A stretch of 64,000 nt of DNA. It comes from Bacilli bacterium (GTDB lineage: Bacteria > Bacillota_I > Bacilli_A > RFN20 > CAG-826). This document shows positions 17,051-25,602 of this stretch, in pieces. The notes under the pieces are model-generated. The model was not told the DNA's origin, made no database searches, and saw only the letters and a list, made by a program, of their open reading frames with translations. A program made the position numbers and the translations under genes. How positions within the stretch are numbered: position 1 is the first letter of the stretch; each line of letters opens with the position of its first letter. The stretch is taken from NCBI GenBank assembly GCA_044372565.1, contig JBILRP010000002.1, forward strand, positions 17,396 to 81,395, in the 5' to 3' direction.

Positions 17051-18987
17051 TCTAAGTGGGCAATTTGCTTATCAAAGGTTGAGATTTGTTGTTCAACTTT
17101 GAGTTCGGCAAATTGGTTCATGTAGAGTTTATGGTAAGTGCCTTTTTTCGCCATTAATTGCTTGTGGTTACCATCTTCGATAATAACTCCTTCAGACATG
17201 ACTAAAATACGATCGGCATCGACAATGGTGGATAAACGATGGGCGATGACAATTGACGTTCTGCCCTTTAATGTTTTATTAATCGCCTTTTGGATTAACG
17301 CTTCTGTTTCCGTATCAATTGACGAGGTTGCTTCATCTAAAATCATGATTGTAGGGTTTCTGACGATGGCTCTGGCAAAGGCGATGAGTTGCTTTTGACC
17401 CACAGAGAGTTCACTGCCGCCATCGCGGAGAATCGTTTGATACCCTTTGGGTAATGTCATGATAAATTCATGTGCGCCAACCGCTTTGCTTGCGTCAATG
17501 ATCATCTCATCGGTAGCATCTAATTTCCCATAGGCAATGTTTTTTCGGATGGTGCCAGAAAAGATAAATGGGGTTTGTTGGACATAGCCAACATGGTGAC
17601 GTAACCATCCCACTGACCGAGTACGATAATCCGATCCATCGATTCTTAATTCTCCAATCGTGGGTTCATAAAATCGACATAAGAGATTGACCGTGGTGGA
17701 TTTGCCGCTTCCTGTTTCCCCAACAATGGCAACCGTTTGCCCTTTAGGAATGATTAAATTCATGGAATGAATGATTTCTACACCAGGATTATATGAAAAA
17801 GAAACATTCTTAAATTCAACCTCACCACGCATCGGTTCGTACATGCTTACGTTTGGCTTGAGTAAAGTTCCATACTTTGCTTCAACTTCAGGCGTGTCAT
17901 TGATCATGGGAACTGTTTCAATCAACGATAAGATTTTTTCAACTGAAGATTGCGAGGCCATCAATTCGGTAAACAAATCGACAAATTCTTGAATAGGCGT
18001 ATACAAAGCAGAAACAAATCCAATGAATAACACAAAGATCGAAACATCATAAATGATCGTGTTACTTAACATCAATGAAGAACCTACAAAAATGACAATG
18101 GCCGTGGTGATGGTAGATACCAAGGTGACAGAAGGATAAAAGAACGCTTGTGTCTTTGCCGTTTTCCAAGCCTTATCACGAATATCAGTGACAATCTCGT
18201 TGGCTTCTTTTTGAACGTTATTCTCGATGGAAAGCGTTTTGATCGTTTTTGCACCGGCGATGACTTCTGCTAACCAGGCAACGTATTTTGAAAAAGCATT
18301 TCTTGCCGTCCGGGATAAATTAAGAATTCTAAATTGAAAATAAGGAGCAATGACCAGCATGATGGGTACGGTTGCAAGAAGAACCAGAGACATTTGCCAA
18401 GAGATAATGAACATGGTAATAAGAATAAAAATGAGTTCAAAGGTGATCCAAATAAATCTGGTGATTCCCCAAGAGATCATGTCCGAGATTTTACTCGTAT
18501 CAGATTGGAGGCGGGCAATTAACCAACCGGAAGACGTTTTATCAAAATAAGAAAAAGAAAGCTTTTGAACTTGAGCAAAGGCATCTTCTCTAATATTGAT
18601 ATAAACAGACATTTCTAAGTAGTTGGTGGTAAAGAAAAGTAGGTAAATTGCAACCGCACGAATCAAGATACCGACAATGATAAGCACAATATACTCAACA
18701 TAATTAATCGTAAATGAAATACCAAAGATTAGTGTGACATCCATTGACAAATCGCCAATTAAATTGGTGGATAAATTTCCTTGGTTTTCAATCGCAGTAA
18801 GTGATTGAATAATCGCCCGATTTAATAACGGAACAAAACTGCCATCATGGAACGTGATGATAAGCATCAACGAAAACATGATCAAAAGAAGCCAATAACG
18901 TTGAAAAGCATACTTGGCAATGCGTGCCCAACTAGAAAGATTTAACTTTTTCGATAACGCTTCTTCTTCGAAAGAAAAACTGGCCAT
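17047..18987 (-). CDS. ABC exporter permease/ATPase, consensus-site subunit of a heterodimer
   Basis: N-terminal 6-TM domain. Walker A GETGSGKST, deviant signature LSVGQKQ, canonical Walker B MILDEATSSID, and AHRLST. Confidence 0.85.
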   Translation of the reverse strand: MASFSFEEEALSKKLNLSSWARIAKYAFQRYWLLLIMFSLMLIITFHDGSFVPLLNRAIIQSLTAIENQGNLSTNLIGDLSMDVTLIFGISFTINYVEYIVLIIVGILIRAVAIYLLFFTTNYLEMSVYINIREDAFAQVQKLSFSYFDKTSSGWLIARLQSDTSKISDMISWGITRFIWITFELIFILITMFIISWQMSLVLLATVPIMLVIAPYFQFRILNLSRTARNAFSKYVAWLAEVIAGAKTIKTLSIENNVQKEANEIVTDIRDKAWKTAKTQAFFYPSVTLVSTITTAIVIFVGSSLMLSNTIIYDVSIFVLFIGFVSALYTPIQEFVDLFTELMASQSSVEKILSLIETVPMINDTPEVEAKYGTLLKPNVSMYEPMRGEVEFKNVSFSYNPGVEIIHSMNLIIPKGQTVAIVGETGSGKSTTVNLLCRFYEPTIGELRIDGSDYRTRSVGWLRHHVGYVQQTPFIFSGTIRKNIAYGKLDATDEMIIDASKAVGAHEFIMTLPKGYQTILRDGGSELSVGQKQLIAFARAIVRNPTIMILDEATSSIDTETEALIQKAINKTLKGRTSIVIAHRLSTIVDADRILVMSEGVIIEDGNHKQLMAKKGTYHKLYMNQFAELKVEQQISTFDKQIAHLD

Positions 18988-18989
18988 GG

Positions 18990-20762
18990 TTACACCATCC
19001 TCGTTTGAATCTCAAAAATTCGTTTATATAAACCAGATTGTTTGATCAATTGTTCATGGGTGCCAACTTCGGCAATCTTGCCTTGATCCAAAACCACAAT
19101 TTTATCGGCGTCTTTGGCCGTTGCCACCCGGTGGGTAATGATTAATGTGGTGGATTGTTCTTGACGCTTTTTAAGGGCGGCACGAATGTTCATATCGGTT
19201 TCAGTGTCGACGGCGCTCAAGGAATCATCAAAGACAAGAATCGGTGCTTTGGAAATGATCGTTCTTGCAATCACCAAACGTTGTTTTTGCCCACCAGATA
19301 AAGTGACACCTTTTTCACCAACGCGGGTATCGTAGCCATCTTTGAAATTGATGATGGATTTATGAATGTCTGCAATTTGAGCTGCTTTTTGAATGTCTTC
19401 TGCGGTGGCATTCGAATTCGCTATTTTTAAATTATTGATGATGGTTTTTGAAAATAAAAATGGTTCTTGTAAGACTGTCGCAATTTGCCGCCGAATGTGC
19501 TCTTTGGCGATGGTTTTTAGTTCAACACCATCGACTTTCACTGATCCAGAGGAATAATCATAAAGCCTAGTTAATAAATGTGACAAGGTTGATTTACCAG
19601 AACCAGTTTTGCCCATGATGGCAATAGTTTCGCCCGGTTTAATGACCAATGAGAAATTTTTGATGACCACTTCATCACTATCGTCATAATTAAAGGACAT
19701 GTTATTAAATTCAATTGCTCCTTGAATGACTGGTCTGACACCTGATTCGATGTCTTCAAGGGGTTGATTGAGGATGGTGTTGAGTCGATCAATGGATGCC
19801 ATCGCTTGCGCTAAATTAGATAAGGTCATCGCCACATCACGAACCGGCCAAACCACTTGGCCGACAAACTGCAATGCCACCACAAACGTTCCTAACGAAA
19901 TATTCCCCGTCGCGGTTAAATACACACCAAAAGCAGAAGTTAACGCGATTTGGCCAAACACCAAAATATCCGTGGATGAGAAGAAGAAGGAGCTCGTTAA
20001 TCGCCATTTGATAAACTTCTTTTTATAGTCCATGAGATGGTCTTTGAAATCCTGAATTTCATAAGTTTCATTGTTGTAGGCTTTGACAAGTCGAATTCCT
20101 GATAACGTTTCTTCAATTTTCGCGGACACAAAACCGTCACTATCTTCCGTGACTTTAAATAATTTTCTTACACGTTTAATTAAGACCAAGGCATACAAAA
20201 ACATAAAGGGAAGAACAATGGTGCTAGATAGAGCAATTTCCCAAGAGACGGTCAGTAAAATACTGAAAGCGATGGACGTTAAAAAAATGGTATACACAAT
20301 CGAGTTGACTTGGCGAACTAAAAAATTCCTGACAATATCAAGATCTCTTGTGCAAGTTTGAATTAAGTCACCACTTTTATTTTTCTTAATGTAGGCATAA
20401 GGAAGTCTTTCAATATGGTAAAACAGATCCAATTGGATATCTTTACCCAAATTCACATCCATGAATCCACGAATCATTAATCGAGAAAAGAACATCAAGG
20501 CACGTGCACCGCCCAGAAATAAGATAAAAATCGCCAATACCCATAAATTTGTTCTTAGAAAAACTTGACCACCGAGGAGGTTGGTTAAGAAAGTATCAAT
20601 TGGACCTGATGGTTCGACGTCTTGTAAGGTATCGACAAGAATTTTAGTAGAAAAATTAGCAAGCAATAAAAAGGTTAAGGCAAAGAATAGAATTAAAAAC
20701 GATAATAAATAACGCTTTCGGTAGCCTTTGGTAAATCGATATAGAAGTTGAATATATTTCAT
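18990..20762 (-). CDS. ABC exporter permease/ATPase, degenerate-site subunit of a heterodimer
   Basis: 6-TM domain. Walker A GKTGSGKST, canonical LSGGQKQR, and Walker B LVFDDSLSAVD with Asp replacing the catalytic Glu. A 2-nt gap separates it from the downstream partner. Confidence 0.85.
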   Translation of the reverse strand: MKYIQLLYRFTKGYRKRYLLSFLILFFALTFLLLANFSTKILVDTLQDVEPSGPIDTFLTNLLGGQVFLRTNLWVLAIFILFLGGARALMFFSRLMIRGFMDVNLGKDIQLDLFYHIERLPYAYIKKNKSGDLIQTCTRDLDIVRNFLVRQVNSIVYTIFLTSIAFSILLTVSWEIALSSTIVLPFMFLYALVLIKRVRKLFKVTEDSDGFVSAKIEETLSGIRLVKAYNNETYEIQDFKDHLMDYKKKFIKWRLTSSFFFSSTDILVFGQIALTSAFGVYLTATGNISLGTFVVALQFVGQVVWPVRDVAMTLSNLAQAMASIDRLNTILNQPLEDIESGVRPVIQGAIEFNNMSFNYDDSDEVVIKNFSLVIKPGETIAIMGKTGSGKSTLSHLLTRLYDYSSGSVKVDGVELKTIAKEHIRRQIATVLQEPFLFSKTIINNLKIANSNATAEDIQKAAQIADIHKSIINFKDGYDTRVGEKGVTLSGGQKQRLVIARTIISKAPILVFDDSLSAVDTETDMNIRAALKKRQEQSTTLIITHRVATAKDADKIVVLDQGKIAEVGTHEQLIKQSGLYKRIFEIQTRMV

Positions 20763-20868
20763 TTTTAGAACCGTTATTTATTATACAACTTTGATTAAAA
20801 AATTGTTAAAAATTGCCTAATTATCGGATTTATCAGTGGTTTTTTCTCCGATTAAATTTTGATTCCTA

Positions 20869-20877
20869 TGCTATAAT
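20869..20877 (+). promoter_or_regulatory. extended -10 promoter element (TGcTATAAT) for the flippase-like/GT4 unit
   Basis: TGCTATAAT at 20869-20877, 28 nt upstream of ATG 20905. The -35 is weak. Confidence 0.4.
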
Positions 20878-20904
20878 AAATTCGGTCAGTGAAGACTGAT
20901 AATT

Positions 20905-22245
20905 ATGCAAACACAAGAACCCACAAAGTTTGAAATAAAAGACCAAACATCAAACGCATCAAAGAAGTACAAAATCAATCTTTTGATCATTTTTCTTGTG
21001 GCCATTGGCTTTACCTTATTCACCCTTTTTACCGACGATAATTTGAACGCTGTCATCACAGCATTTTCTCAAGCTAATGTATGGATGATTGTTGTGATTT
21101 TATTTGTTATGTTGTTAAATATTCTTTTTGAAGGGGTCATTCTTTTTATTCTCGCTCGACTTTATACCACCCGTTATAATTTAAAGAAATCGATTAACAA
21201 TTATTTTATTGGTATCTTTTTCTCCCATATTACCCCTTCTGGTACAGGTGGACAGTTTGCCCAAGCGTATGTGTTTAGCAAGCAAGGGATTGAAATTGCC
21301 AATGCGGCATCCATTCTCGTGATGCATTTTTTACTTTCGCAAATTGCTCAAGTTGTCTTTGGTCTTCTAGCTTTATTATTGAGATTAGACAAATTTCTTT
21401 CAATTACCCAAACCGTCAATTTATTGGGAGCGTCGATCCCTATTCTCTATTTATCTTTGGTGGGATTCGCCATTAACTTTTTAATCATTTTCTTTATCTT
21501 AGCCTTGGCAAAATCTAGATTTTTACATAAGACCATTGTCAATGGGCTTGTGGCTTTATTAGGAAAACTTAAGTTAATAAAGAATCCTGATAAGGTGAAG
21601 TCGAACCTCCAAGTTCAAATTGAAAACTTTAGAATTGAAAGTAAACGATTACAATCAAACACACCTGTTACCGTTGTTTTACTTGTCTTGTTCTTTATTC
21701 GTATGACCTTATCGTATTCCATTCCTTATCTATCTGCCATGGCTTTACCTTCGATAGATTTAAGTCAAACGAATATTTTTGATGGCATCTTTATGACCGC
21801 TTATTTAAATGTCATTATTTATTTTGCTCCCTTGCCTGGTTCTGTAGGATTCTCTGAATTCTTCTTTTCATACTTATTTCAAAGTCTATTTGGAGGGTAC
21901 GCTCAAACCATTGCCCCTCAATTAATCTGGCGTGGTGTCACTTTTTACTTAACCTTAATCATCGGGGCAATCAGTGTCATTGCCTTTAGAATGGGTAATA
22001 AAGATGCGAAGATTGTTCAAGGTGGCGATGCGTTTGTTGAACTGCAAAAATCTACCATTGAAATTAGAAGACAAACTTCTGAAGTGATGTTTTCAACAGG
22101 GGAAATGTCCTCTGGCAACATTCAGAAAAAGTTTTCAAGAATGGCTCGTGATTTTTTTGGATTTAAAACCAAAAAAGTTGATCGCTATGGAAATGTCATT
22201 AACACAGACGAAATCAATAAAAAGAATCTAAAAGATAAGAAGTAA
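20905..22245 (+). CDS. flippase-like membrane protein (MprF N-terminal / LPG_synthase_TM, UPF0104 family) without a synthase domain
   Basis: About 8 TM helices. The motif FFSHITPSGTGGQFAQAYVFSKQGI is typical of this family. The cytoplasmic tail is Lys-rich. Confidence 0.65.
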   Translation: MQTQEPTKFEIKDQTSNASKKYKINLLIIFLVAIGFTLFTLFTDDNLNAVITAFSQANVWMIVVILFVMLLNILFEGVILFILARLYTTRYNLKKSINNYFIGIFFSHITPSGTGGQFAQAYVFSKQGIEIANAASILVMHFLLSQIAQVVFGLLALLLRLDKFLSITQTVNLLGASIPILYLSLVGFAINFLIIFFILALAKSRFLHKTIVNGLVALLGKLKLIKNPDKVKSNLQVQIENFRIESKRLQSNTPVTVVLLVLFFIRMTLSYSIPYLSAMALPSIDLSQTNIFDGIFMTAYLNVIIYFAPLPGSVGFSEFFFSYLFQSLFGGYAQTIAPQLIWRGVTFYLTLIIGAISVIAFRMGNKDAKIVQGGDAFVELQKSTIEIRRQTSEVMFSTGEMSSGNIQKKFSRMARDFFGFKTKKVDRYGNVINTDEINKKNLKDKK

Positions 22246-22249
22246 ATAC

Positions 22250-23413
22250 ATGAAAATAGCATTATTTACAGATACATATCCTCCAGAAATTAACGGCGTT
22301 TCTGTCAGCGTTGGTCTTCACCAAAAGGTTTTATTGGATCAAGGTCATGAGGTATTGGTGATCACCACCAATCCTTTTGGAAAACAAATCGTCATCGATG
22401 CTGGGGTGATTCGTATCCCTGGGGTTGAATTAAAAAAACTCTATGGATATAGGCTCTCTACCTTTTTTAGTGCGAAGGCTTACCAATATATTCGAAAATG
22501 GCAACCTGATGTGATTCATATTCACACTGATGTAGGGATCGGTATTTTTGGCAAGATCACAGCATTCTTCTTAAAAGTTCCCACGGTGGTCACGTATCAC
22601 ACGATGTATGAGGACTATACGCATTATGCTGGTTTCCTTAAAGGATTAGCGTCTCGGGTCGTTAAACAATTTTCAAAATCTATTGCCGAACAATGCACGG
22701 AGTTTATTTCTCCTTCGTTAAAGACAAAAGAAAAAATCCGAAGTTATGGTGTTGATCGGTTTATCAATATTGTGCCTACTGGCATTGACTTTTCTAGGTT
22801 TCAACGAACAAGTTTAGATGCTCATAAACTTGCGGAAGTAAAAAATCGATGGATTTTACCTGGAGAAAAAGTACTTCTTTCTTTAGGCCGTGTGGCGAAA
22901 GAAAAAAGCATGGATGTGATTTTAAAGGGGTTCGCTAAGGTTATCCAATCAGGAGAAGACCATATTCGTTTATTGATGGTTGGTGATGGTCCAGACCGTC
23001 ATGGTTTAATTGAATTAACTAACCAACTAGGAATTTCAGACAAAGTAAGTTTTGTTGGCGCAGTACCAATTCTAGAGGTTCCTTACTATTATCAATTAGC
23101 AGACGTGTTTGTTTCTGCTAGTTTAACAGAAACCCAAGGATTAACGTTTATGGAAGCCATGGTCTCTGATCGCTTGGTCTTATGCCGCTTTGATGAAAAT
23201 CTTGCGGAGTTAATTCGCCATCAACAAACTGGATTTATTTTCAGCGATGAAGAAGATTTTGTAAGACAAGTGAAAACCATCTTCAGTTTAACCAAAGAGA
23301 AAAGAGAGACAATCAAAGGTGATGTTGCCACGGCAGTTAATCGATATTCCTTACCTAACTTTTATCAGAATCTCATTGAGGTATATCAACGTGCGACAAG
23401 ACAATACTGGTAA
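22250..23413 (+). CDS. GT4 glycosyltransferase, likely a diacylglycerol glucosyltransferase (alMGS-like)
   Basis: The N-terminus MKIALFTDTYPPEINGVSVSV resembles the Acholeplasma laidlawii MGlcDAG synthase as I remember it. A GT4 E-x7-E region is present (SLTETQGLTFMEAM). Confidence 0.7.
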   Translation: MKIALFTDTYPPEINGVSVSVGLHQKVLLDQGHEVLVITTNPFGKQIVIDAGVIRIPGVELKKLYGYRLSTFFSAKAYQYIRKWQPDVIHIHTDVGIGIFGKITAFFLKVPTVVTYHTMYEDYTHYAGFLKGLASRVVKQFSKSIAEQCTEFISPSLKTKEKIRSYGVDRFINIVPTGIDFSRFQRTSLDAHKLAEVKNRWILPGEKVLLSLGRVAKEKSMDVILKGFAKVIQSGEDHIRLLMVGDGPDRHGLIELTNQLGISDKVSFVGAVPILEVPYYYQLADVFVSASLTETQGLTFMEAMVSDRLVLCRFDENLAELIRHQQTGFIFSDEEDFVRQVKTIFSLTKEKRETIKGDVATAVNRYSLPNFYQNLIEVYQRATRQYW

Positions 23414-24191
23414 GATCATTACCGCCATCGAGATTAAAAAGAAAAAAATTGTTATTACCTTTGATTCAGACCAATCCCTAACCTTATCAAGTGATCAATA
23501 CACCCAAGATTATTTTTATGTTGGCAAAGTCATTGATGACAAGAAATTTGAAGAGCTAACCCAAGCCACCAAAACCCAACCGTTGATTGATTATGGTTTT
23601 CGCTTATTAACCAAAGGGCGGTATAGCGAGTATCAAATCCGGGAAAAACTCTACAAAAGAGAAGCGTTAAAACCACAAGTCGATGAAGTGATTTCACGAC
23701 TAAAACTAGCCCATTTAATCGATGATGCAAGTTTGTTAAAGGATTGGGTTCATCATTTTCAAAAGCGGGGTTATGGATTAAGAATGATCAAAACCAAACT
23801 TCATGACAAAGGTTTTTTCCCACATCTGCTTGAAACCATTCATATCGATGAGGACATTGAACGAGAATCGATCACCCGTTTGATTGACCAAAGCATCAAA
23901 AAGTATCAACGTTTGAGTGAACGTGATCGTAAGCAAAAAATCACCACGATGTTACTACAACGCGGATATGAATCCAAAGTTTATCATTCAACCTTAGAAG
24001 CAATCCCCAGTTTAACCCAAGAACAAACTGACCATAATCTAAAGGAAGCTTTTGAAAAAGCCTTGAGAATGTTTCAGTCGCGTTTCGCTGGTCGAGAACG
24101 GGATGAAAAAATCATTAACTTCTTACTTCGTAAAGGCTATACTTATTCCAATATTATTCGTTTCATTAAGGAGTCAACACATGGGCATTAA
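23391..24191 (+). CDS. recX: recombination regulator RecX
   Basis: Three-repeat helical protein (YGFRLLTKGRYSEYQIREKL..., LLQRGYES, FLLRKGYTYSNI). GTG 23391 is the preferred start because RBS TGAGGT lies 9 nt upstream. The track ORF (23319) lies inside the GT4 gene. Confidence 0.75.
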   Translation: MRQDNTGKIITAIEIKKKKIVITFDSDQSLTLSSDQYTQDYFYVGKVIDDKKFEELTQATKTQPLIDYGFRLLTKGRYSEYQIREKLYKREALKPQVDEVISRLKLAHLIDDASLLKDWVHHFQKRGYGLRMIKTKLHDKGFFPHLLETIHIDEDIERESITRLIDQSIKKYQRLSERDRKQKITTMLLQRGYESKVYHSTLEAIPSLTQEQTDHNLKEAFEKALRMFQSRFAGRERDEKIINFLLRKGYTYSNIIRFIKESTHGH

Positions 24192-25107
24192 AGACTTTAA
24201 AGACGGTCAGCATATTCATCAAGCTTTTTTAGTGAATCAAGTTAGTAAAGGCATCACTGCCTCCGGTCAACCCTATTTAACGATTATTTTGCAAGATAAA
24301 ACCGGTCAAATTGAAGCCAAGTTTTGGGACGTCAAACCAGAAATTGAAACCATGATTGATGTTGGTGCCTTTGTTCAAGTGGATGGGGATGTTGCTGCGT
24401 ATCGCCAATTGCTGCAGGTGCGTATCAATCAAATGCAACGCTTGAACCCAGACACTGTCAACCTTGAAGAATTGACGATGACCGCCCCAGTTCCACTAAA
24501 GACCTTAGAATCAGACCTTAAAAAAACCATCGGGAAAATTAGTGATCCTGATTATGCGTTAATCACCCAAACACTCATTCAAGGTTCTTATGATGCGTAT
24601 ATTACTTACCCTGCCGCGGTTAGAAATCATCATGAATATACCTCAGGGTTACTGTTTCATACCTTATCGATGATCAAAGTTGCCGAAGCACTCATGCCTT
24701 TATATCCTAAGATTAATTCAGATTTAATCTATGCTGGGATTTTACTTCACGATTTAGGAAAGACCACGGAGTTCACTGGGGCCGTGATTCCAAAATATAG
24801 CACCGAAGGAAAATTAATAGGTCACTTGAATTCCATGGCCGCTAAAATCCAATCCTTAGGAGAAAAACTTAACATCGACAAAGAAAAAGTCATGCTTTTA
24901 CAACACATCGTGCTCGCCCATCATGGTAAACCAGAATTTGGCAGCAGTGTCCCTCCCTTAACCAAAGAAGCTTTATTTGTACATATGGTGGATGATTTTG
25001 ATGCAAAAATGACCATCATCAATAAGGCTTTGGATCAAACCGAACCTGGACAATTTACCAACCGGGTATTTGCCTTGGATGATCGAAGTTTTTATAAAGC
25101 AAAATAG
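24181..25107 (+). CDS. yhaM: 3'-5' exoribonuclease YhaM (OB fold + HD domain)
   Basis: MGIKDFKDGQ...YLTIILQDKTGQIEAKFWD forms the OB fold. HD-domain residues appear in LLHDLGK and LAHHG. RBS AAGGAG at 24169-24174 precedes ATG 24181. Confidence 0.85.
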   Translation: MGIKDFKDGQHIHQAFLVNQVSKGITASGQPYLTIILQDKTGQIEAKFWDVKPEIETMIDVGAFVQVDGDVAAYRQLLQVRINQMQRLNPDTVNLEELTMTAPVPLKTLESDLKKTIGKISDPDYALITQTLIQGSYDAYITYPAAVRNHHEYTSGLLFHTLSMIKVAEALMPLYPKINSDLIYAGILLHDLGKTTEFTGAVIPKYSTEGKLIGHLNSMAAKIQSLGEKLNIDKEKVMLLQHIVLAHHGKPEFGSSVPPLTKEALFVHMVDDFDAKMTIINKALDQTEPGQFTNRVFALDDRSFYKAK

Positions 25108-25533
25108 TTATTGGTCTAAATAATCTTTTAAATGTTTCGCTAATGTAGGTAGGTTGAGTTGATCGGAACTGTCTGCTTTTTGCATGTCAATTTTTAACCG
25201 ATCAGATGGTAAATAACGAGGAATGACATGCACGTGAAAATGGAAGACACTTTGCCCAGCAGCTTTTAATACATTGCTTAAAAGGTTTACCCCTTTTGCA
25301 TCCAAGGTTTGCATTTGCGCTTGCCCGATTCGTTGAGCAACATTCATGACCTGATTCATGACTTGTTTGGGTGTGCTTAAGAAGTGGTCGTAATGATGTT
25401 TTGGAATAACAATCGTATGTCCAGAGGTTGTTTGTTGAATGTCTAAAAAGGCGAGAATGTCTATATCCTCATAAATTCGATGAGAAGGTAGACTGCCATC
25501 GACGATTTGACAAAAAATGCATGGTTTGCTCAT
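25108..25533 (-). CDS. hit: HIT family protein (histidine triad nucleotide-binding)
   Basis: CIFCQI and the histidine triad HFHVHVIP. GGAGG (complement of 25541-45) favours ATG at 25533 over 25539. Confidence 0.88.
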   Translation of the reverse strand: MSKPCIFCQIVDGSLPSHRIYEDIDILAFLDIQQTTSGHTIVIPKHHYDHFLSTPKQVMNQVMNVAQRIGQAQMQTLDAKGVNLLSNVLKAAGQSVFHFHVHVIPRYLPSDRLKIDMQKADSSDQLNLPTLAKHLKDYLDQ

Positions 25534-25545
25534 GTTCATTCCTCC

Positions 25546-25577
25546 AATAAAAAATAAGGAGATGACTCTCCTTATTT
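25546..25577 (-). terminator. Rho-independent terminator between the lipoprotein operon and hit
   Basis: ATAAGGAG-atgact-CTCCTTAT stem. On the minus strand it is followed by TTTTTTATT. Confidence 0.65.
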
Positions 25578-25602
25578 TAGCATGATTGATCCGTGGATAG
25601 AT

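Noticed and set aside
17138-20361. Multiple 60-92-aa plus-strand ORFs antisense to the two ABC exporter genes
   Set aside because: All lie inside long, motif-supported minus-strand genes. None has an RBS or a recognisable domain.
25224-25242. parS-like half site (GCACGTGAAAA)
   Set aside because: Only one half of the TGTTNCACGTGAAACA palindrome matches. The sequence simply encodes the HFHVHV histidine triad of the HIT gene on the other strand.
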